From positions 30,193,003 to 30,253,087 of the forward strand of contig NC_057720.1 of NCBI RefSeq assembly GCF_004010195.1: a stretch of DNA of 60,085 nucleotides, written 5' to 3'. The notes below the pieces were generated by a model. The model worked only from the letters and a program-made list of their open reading frames with translations, searched no databases and was not told the origin of the DNA. Both the position numbers and the translations under genes were made by a program. This stretch comes from Chiloscyllium plagiosum (lineage: Eukaryota). Positions 53,351-60,085 of the stretch are shown here, piece by piece; positions within the stretch are counted from its first letter, which is position 1; each line of letters begins with the position of its first letter.

Positions 53351-53754
53351 ACACTTTAGGAAATATTTCAGGTGCAGAAGAAATTTATTAGCAAGGTATC
53401 AAGATGAAGCTCTTCAATTATGTGGAGACACATGAGAAAACTGTGGATAATCTGCTTCTAGCACAGATGGTTAAAAAGAGATTTGACAAGTAACCAAAAT
53501 TATAATCATTTCTGATAAAGAGTAAAAGAAAATCCTTTGTAATGCCAAAAAGGGCAAGTAAACAAAAGGACACAGATTTAAGATGATTGACCAAGAGAGA
53601 AACAAAAGAGAGGTAGCTGTGTTTCTCCATACAGTGAATTCCTATAATCTGAAAATGTAATAATTGAAGACAGATTCAATAATATTTTAAAAAATCAAAG
53701 CAAATAAAGAGAAAAACTGTAAGAGAAAAAGTGAGTCAGTCTAATTGAATAATT

Positions 53755-53990
53755 CTGAGGACTGAGATAAGCAGAGATTTCCTCACCCAGAAAGCTATGG
53801 AATTCTCTACCGTGGCAGTTAAGGCAAAAACATTGAATATTTTCAAAGGGGAGACAGATATAGTATTTAGGGCTAAAGGGATCAAATGGTTGAGGAGAAA
53901 GTGGGAACAGGATTCTGAGTTGATGATCAGCCATGATCATATTAAATGGCCAAACTGGCCTATTCCCACTTCTATTTCCTATGTTTCTAC
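53755..53990 (+). mobile_element. CR1-type 3' tail fragment
   Basis: LWNSLP-like remnant and GATCAGCCATGATCATATT tail. Confidence 0.65.
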
Positions 53991-54199
53991 GTCCTATCAA
54001 ACAGCAGCATGGGGTCAATGGGATAAATGGCTTCCTTTGGTGCCACATCATTCTGTGCTTTTCTGATACCAAAGAACTGACACGAGTCTGCATTTCCAAA
54101 AAACAAAAATGAGCCAATAACTTCCCTGGTATTTCAAGAACCTAAATTTCGAACAGACAAGATTGATTAGTAACAAACAATTACTCTTTTAAGCCTTAC

Positions 54200-54317
54200 C
54201 AACAGTTGAACAGTATCCTTCTTGAAGATTTGCAACAATTTATAAAAGCTTGCAAAGAATAATGGATATGCATAGCCTCGAAGTCTCTCTTTCCATTCCC
54301 AGGTTAAATAACCGTAT
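54200..54317 (-). CDS. PIGB: PIGB exon 3 ([21 protein letters not shown]...DTVQLL)
   Basis: 118 nt; GYLTWEW motif; GTAAGG donor; 5' boundary set by frame and preceded by the U12 branch CCTTAAC and an AA dinucleotide. Confidence 0.92.
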
Positions 54318-55336
54318 TTGAGAATGTTAAGGTTTAGTATTACATATTTATTTTACAAATAGATAAACCATTCTTCTGATTTAAGTAATCAATTCATCGT
54401 GGATCATGTGGCAACCACATTGTGCGCTCTGATTGGGCATGATCCATTTTTTTATTAGTGCCTAAGGCAGTGCTTTCGCAGCAATGTGATAGGATATATA
54501 GGCTATGGCTGGTCTCTCTATTCCACTCAAGAGCGTATTTGATCTTTCATTCACAGTTACAAAACCCAAACTTTTACGCTATTTGGCTCTCTCTATGCTC
54601 AACTTGGCAAGGCTCTGCTTTTCCTCACTAGTAGATTCCCAAAGGTTTGATGAAAATGAAGACATTGAACAATGTAACACATCTTTAGTCAAAAGAAGAA
54701 GACAACAGGATTTCTTCCATTCATAAGGTCATACCAAACATCAGGTAATAACTATATTAGTGCGCAATAGCATTATTCAGTACACATTTTAAACTCATTG
54801 TATCCTTATTTTTAATATCAAATTTTAATTATAGTTAAATAGCAAAGCTTATAAAAATTTGTGAAGGAGAGGTATCAGAAATGGCTTCGATTAATAATTG
54901 GGGCTGGAGTTTCAAAATCGCAATTACTCTGGAGAACTTGACTTTAAATGTTTTAAATCCTCACCACCCCCAGAGGTGACCGGCCCAACTCAACCACGCT
55001 CTCACCCATTGACCTGAGAGCGAAACCCTGCATGACAGCGCCTTTTATAGCAAAACAGATCTGCTGAGTTAGGAGACTTCCCAATAGGAGTTACCCACAT
55101 GACCAATAGAAAACATTCAGCCACAACAGTTATACAACCTAAGGAATTATGAAACAGAAGACTGAAGATTATTGAACCACTACTGATGGAAGAATAGAAT
55201 TACAACATTTCACGTTACCATCACAGATACCATTATATAAACTTGCATTTGGAAATTTGTAATGGAAGCGTACAGTCATAAGTAAAACCTGACACACAAA
55301 TCCTATCAATTTTCTGATGCAAACACACAGCACCTC

Positions 55337-56078
55337 AGTCAGAGATGTACAGCACAGAAACAGACCCTTCGGTCCAACTTGTTTATGCTGACTAGATATC
55401 CTAAATTAATCTAGCCCTATCTGCCAGCACTTGACCCATATCCCTCTAAACCCTTCCTAATCATATACCCATCCAGATACCTTTTCAATGTTGTAACTGT
55501 ACCAGCCTCCATCACTTCCTCTGGCATATACATGCACCACCCTCTGCGTGAAAAAGTTGCCCCTTTGGTCCCTTTTAAATTTTTCCCCTCTCACCCGAAA
55601 TCTATCCCCTCTAGTTTTGAACTCCCACATCCCAGGGAACAGACTTTGTCTATTTATTCTATTCATGCCCGTCATGATTTTATAAACCTCTAATGTCACC
55701 CCTCAGCCTCTGACACTCCAGTGAAAACAGTCCCAGCCTATTCAGTCTCGCCCTCTTGCTCAAATCCTCCAACCCTGTAAGATCCTTGTAAGTCTTTTCT
55801 TCACCCTTTCAAGTTTCACAACATCCTTCCAATAGGAGGGAGACTAGAATTGCACACAATATTCCAACAGTGGCCTAACAAATGTCCTGTACAACCTCAA
55901 CATGGCGTCCCAACTCCTATACGTAATGCTCTGACCAATAAAGGAAAGCATACCAAATGCCTTCTTCACTATCCTATCGGCCAGTGACTCCATTTTTAAG
56001 GAACCATGAACCTGTATTCCAAGGTCTCTCTGTTCAGCAACACACCCCAGGACCATATACATTCAATGGTAAGTCCTG
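55337..56078 (-). mobile_element. CR1 3' fragment interrupted by a PLE (resumes at about 57379-57435)
   Basis: RPLLEYCVQF and CR1 3' tail. Confidence 0.88.
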
Positions 56079-57378
56079 AGCTGAAAAATGTGTTGCTGGA
56101 AAAGCGCAGCAGGTCAGGCAGCACCCAAGGAGCAGGTGAATCGACGTTTCGGGCATAAGCCCTTCTTCAGGAATGAGGAAGGTGTGCCAAGCAAGCTAAG
56201 ATAAAAGGTAGGGAGGAGGAACTTGGGGGAAGGGTGCTGGGAATGCAATAGGTGGAAGGGGGTTAAGGTGAGGGTGATAGGCCAGAGAGGGGGTGGGGGC
56301 AGAGGGTCAGGGAGGACGATTGCAGGTCAAGAAGGCAGTGCTGAGCCCGAGGGTTGGGACTGAGATAAGGTGGGAGGGAGGGGAAATGAGAAAGCTGGAG
56401 AAATCTGCATTCGGAAACTGGTGAAATCTGCATTCATCCCTTGTGGTTGGAGGGTTCCTAGGCGGAAGATGAGGCGCACTTCCTTCAGGCGTCGTGTTGC
56501 CAGGGTCTGGCGACGGAGGAGGCCAAGGACCTGCATGTCCTTGGCGGAGTGGGAGGGGGAGTTAAAATGTTCAGCCACGGGGCGGTTGGGTTGGTTTGTC
56601 CGGGTGTCCCAGAGGTGTTCTCTGAAACGTTCCGCAAGTAGGCGGCCTGTCTCCCCAATATAGAGGAGGCCACATCGGGTGCAGCGGATGCAGTAAACGA
56701 TGTGTGTGGAGGTGCAGGTGAGTTTGTGATGGATATGGAAGGATCCCTTGGGGCCTTGGAGGGAAGTGAGGGGGGAGGTGTGGGCGCAAGTTTTGCATTT
56801 CTTGCGGTTGCANNNNNNNNNNNNNNNNNNNNNNNNNNNNNNNNNNNNNNNNNNNNNNNNNNNNNNNNNNNNNNNNNNNNNNNNNNNNCCCTCGGATTCA
56901 GCACCATCTTCTGAACCTGCAATCTTCTTCCCGACCTCTCTGCCCCACCCTCTCTCCGGCCTATCACCCTCGCCTTAACCTCCTTCCACCTATCGCATTC
57001 CCAACTACCCTCCCCCAAGTCCCTCCTCCCTACCTTTTATCTTAGCCTGCTTGGCACACCTTCCTCATTCTTGAAGAAGGGCTCATGCCTGAAACGTTGA
57101 TTCACATGCTCCTTGGATGCTGCCTGTGATAGGGGTGGGGAGGGAAATATATTCTTGGTGTTGGGGTCTGTTTGGAGGTGGCGGAAATGTCGAAGGATGA
57201 TACGATGTATCTGGGGGACAGAACCCCACTGGTCCTCACCTACCACCCCACCAACCTCCAGGTACATCGTATCATCTTTCGTCATTTCCGCCACCTCCGA
57301 ACAGACCCCAACACCAAGGATATATTTGACACACATTTTTCAGCTCTGATCTCCAGCATCTGCAGTCCACACTTTCTC
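56079..57378. mobile_element. Neptune-like PLE with inverted ends and GIY-YIG endonuclease fragment
   Basis: Minus strand about 56812-56415 reads CNRKKCKTC...HIVYCIRCTRCGLLYIGETGR...RFREH...GTLQPQGMN; hammerhead core at 56143-56170 (-); degenerate TSD CAATGGTAAGTCCT / CAATGTATAAGTGCT. Confidence 0.9.
56813..56888. other. Assembly gap (N run)
   Basis: 76 N inside a PLE. Confidence 1.
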
Positions 57379-57840
57379 CAATGTATAAGTGCTAACCTGA
57401 TTTGCTTTTCCCTTTCCAAAATGCAGCACCTCTTTACAAAGAATTACACATTACTCTTAGTGTCAGTATAGTGGTCAATGAAAAATGTGTGAGACGTTTC
57501 ACGTGCCAATTAATCAAAATGGTACTAACTATTCTTAAGCAGTATTCTGTTACACAAATTCAACTGCTCCAAATCTTTCCAGCCAAATAGACAATTGGTG
57601 CAGGAGTAGGCCATTCTGCCCTTCGAGCCTGCACCACCATTCATTATGATCATGGCTGATCATCCTCAATCACTATCCTGTTACTGCCTTATCCCCATAA
57701 CCCTTGAAATAAATTGCATTTAGTTTCAACAATCCAAGTAAACAAATTCAATGTAGAATACCAAGTCATCTTTCAGATCTGTAGTCCATATGGGAAGGTG
57801 ATTGTGTAGCAGTAATGAAACTTGCCAGTATTCCAGAGAA

Positions 57841-58611
57841 GGAAGTGTGGACGGCAGATGCTGGAGATCAGAGCTGAAAATGTGTTGCTGGAAAAGCGCA
57901 GCAGGTCAGGCAGCATCCAAGGAGCAGGAGAATCGACGTTTCGGGCATGAGCCCTTCTTCAGGAATGAGGAAAGTATGTCCAGCAGGCTAAGATAGGGAG
58001 GAGGGACTTGGGGGAGGGGCGTTGGAAATGCGATAGGTGGAAGGAGGTCAAGGTGAGGGTGATAGGCTGGAGTGGGNNNNNNNNNNNNNNNNNNNNNNNN
58101 NNNNNNNNNNNNNNNNNNNNNNNNNNNNNNNNNNNNNNNNNNNNNNNNNNNNNNNNNNNNNNNNNNNNNNNNNNNNNNNNNNNNNNNNNNNNNNNNNNNN
58201 NNNNNNNNNNNNNNNNNNNNNNNNNNNNNNNNNNNNNNNNNAGTTCATCCCTTGTGGTTGGAGGGTTCCTAGGCTTAAGATGAGGCGCTCTTCCTCCAAC
58301 CGTCGTGTTGCTATGGTCTGGCGATGGAGGAGTCCAAGGACCTGCATGTCCTTGGTGGAGTGGGAGGGGGAGTTGAAGTGTTGAGCCACAGGGTGGTTGG
58401 GTTGGTTGGTCCGGGTGTCCCAGAGGTATTCTCTGAAACGTTCCACAAACCTCCTACGCCCCTCCCCCAAGTCCCTCCTCCCTACCTTTTATCTTAGCCT
58501 GCTGGACACACTTTCCTCATTCCTGAAGAAGGGCTCATGCCCGAAACGTCGTTTCTCCTGCTCCTTGGATGCTGCTTGACCTGCTGCGCTTTTCCAGCAA
58601 CACATTTTCAG
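57841..58611 (-). mobile_element. Neptune-like PLE, truncated, with inverted terminal copy and 15-bp TSD
   Basis: TSD CAGTATTCCAGAGAA at 57826-57840 and 58612-58626; GIY-YIG C-terminus in ORF 58048..58470; hammerhead cores at 57935-57962 (-) and 58523-58550 (+). Confidence 0.92.
58077..58241. other. Assembly gap (N run)
   Basis: 165 N inside a PLE. Confidence 1.
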
Positions 58612-58799
58612 CAGTATTCCAGAGAACCAGGTTAATGCTTTGGCAACATGGTCCTATAATGGCAGCCAGTCGCTGTTACAAAATGTTATTCGAGATTTAC
58701 AATCTCCACAAAGATACATACACATGCAAGCTCCAAAAGCATGATCTAAAAGATAGTATTTTCCCAAAGAGTATACATAATCTGAAAACCAAAGGATAT

Positions 58800-58935
58800 T
58801 TGAAGACCATGTTGTGTGCGACTTCTAGTGACTGCCAATATTCATCAGGAACGAAACTCGTTTGGACCAGAAAGCAGTTCACTATCCTTAAAACGATACT
58901 GAACATAGTTAAATAGGAGTCCGGACCGAATAATC
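58800..58935 (-). CDS. PIGB: PIGB exon 2 (LFGPDSYL...[23 protein letters not shown])
   Basis: 136 nt; TAG acceptor; GT22-family PDEYWQSLE motif; followed by the U12 donor ATATCCTTT. Confidence 0.95.
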
Positions 58936-59785
58936 CTAAACTTAACAAAACAAAAATGATAATTACAAAACCATTGAAGCAGCAGCAGCAAAAGATTTTG
59001 GTGGCTCCAAATATCACTTGTAATTTTTTTGAAGTGTCACATTAAACACATTTTATTGATTAAATGTTACATATTAAGAAAAAGAACCTTATATTATACT
59101 TGTATAAAAATAACAGAACATTTCTGCACACAGGTGATTGGTGATAGGTGCATTTTCCCAAGTGCATCAAAAGAGAGGACAATGACTTGGAGCTCTGTAG
59201 ATCATTTCCGTATCTGTGGGCAATTTGCTGAAAGAGATCAATGATGAAATCTTGGAAAAAGTGCACCCAGTTTACATATCTTTGGAAACTCCCATAAATG
59301 AAAGCAGAACATAAATAGCAAAATTCATTATCTTTTCCTGGCTCAGCCTTTGGCCAAGTGAAGAGAGCATTTGAGGATCAGAGTCTCAAAACCAAAACTA
59401 ATGTCCTTATTTAATGGACAGCTATGATCTTATATCCTTCAGATACTTGGACAATCTGTAGTGGTTACCTCAAAACAGCAGAGAAGTACCATCTATAACA
59501 CCAGTGCAAGATTTCCCAAATATAACGCCAGGAAAAGCTGCACAACAGTCACATCCTCCCCCAAGCAGTGTTGCGAATCATTTAGAATGAGCTATGGTGG
59601 GTGAGACATCTGGTCCTATGCCTGCCAACAGACTAAAGAAGCAACTACTCTATTTAGAAATCAATTGCAGGGGTCGCCCCAGAGAAAAGTAGAAATGTTT
59701 TAGGAAGTCTTCAAAGCATCACTGACCAGGCTGTGCTTCCCTGCCAACATATTGCAGTCTCTGGCTTATGACCAAACAAGCATAT

Positions 59786-60085
59786 TATGGAGACATGGGT
59801 AGAACAGGGACAAGATTGACTGTTGCAGGTCCCAGGGTTTAAATGTTTTAGTAGGATCAGAGGTGGGGGTAAAAGAGAGGGAGGTGTGGCATTGCTTGTC
59901 AAAGATAGTATTACAGCTGCGGAAAGGACGATGGATGAAGACTCGCCATCTGAGGTAGTTTGGGCTGAGGTTAGGAATAGGAAAGGTGAGCTCACCCTGT
60001 TAGGAGTTTTTTACAGGCCTCCTAATAGTCCTAGAAACGTAGAAGAAAGGATTGCAAGGATGATTCAAGAGAAGAATGAAAGTAA
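59786..60085 (+). mobile_element. CR1 ORF2 endonuclease fragment running off the window
   Basis: ETW...GGGVALLVKD...GVFYRPP. Confidence 0.85.

Larger units (their letters stand above)
54318..58799 (-). other. U12-type (minor spliceosome) intron 2 of PIGB, AT...AA termini
   Basis: 5' splice site ATATCCTTT at 58799-58791; branch CCTTAAC at 54332-54326; no pyrimidine tract plus AG at the required position; frame-preserving 3' end is ...CTCAA|. Confidence 0.85.

Noticed and set aside
54314..54315. AC as the productive 3' end of a standard AT-AC intron
   Set aside because: It removes 4 nt and frameshifts the conserved GYLTWEW motif. Retained only as a possible non-productive site.
54997..55026. 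Stem followed by GAAAC as another hammerhead
   Set aside because: No CTGANGA upstream of the stem.
56393..56435. Short tandem duplication (CTGGxGAAATCTGCATTC twice)
   Set aside because: Local slippage at the end of a dead PLE ORF; no evident function.
1..60085. CRISPR array, operon or other prokaryotic system
   Set aside because: Spliced vertebrate genes and eukaryotic retroelements throughout; no regularly spaced direct repeats.

Overview
Repeat-rich vertebrate nuclear DNA. The V-SINE, CR1 and Penelope-like repeat content points to a shark or other cartilaginous fish (inference). Two spliced genes lie in tandem on the minus strand. UQCRH is complete (4 coding exons, 22343->6439, 87 aa, cytochrome bc1 hinge protein) and has a CpG-rich NRF1/ETS promoter. 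PIGB (GPI mannosyltransferase 3) is present as exons 2-12 (58935->31821); exon 1 is outside the window. All exon boundaries were read by hand and keep frame. PIGB intron 2 is a minor-spliceosome (U12) intron whose only frame-preserving termini are the rare AT...AA, and intron 10 has a GC donor. Most other sequence is CR1/L2-type LINE debris, tRNA-derived SINEs and Penelope-like element (PLE) insertions. Many PLE copies carry minimal hammerhead-ribozyme cores, inverted ends and 12-16 bp target-site duplications (TSDs). One is a 227-bp non-coding element folding into a perfect 93-bp hairpin with a hammerhead on each strand. Best leads: the AT-AA U12 intron, the hairpin/hammerhead mini-elements inside PIGB pre-mRNA, and the PIGB-UQCRH adjacency, which differs from human. 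I cannot show that any of these is undescribed without database searches. Repeat boundaries are approximate unless a TSD is quoted.
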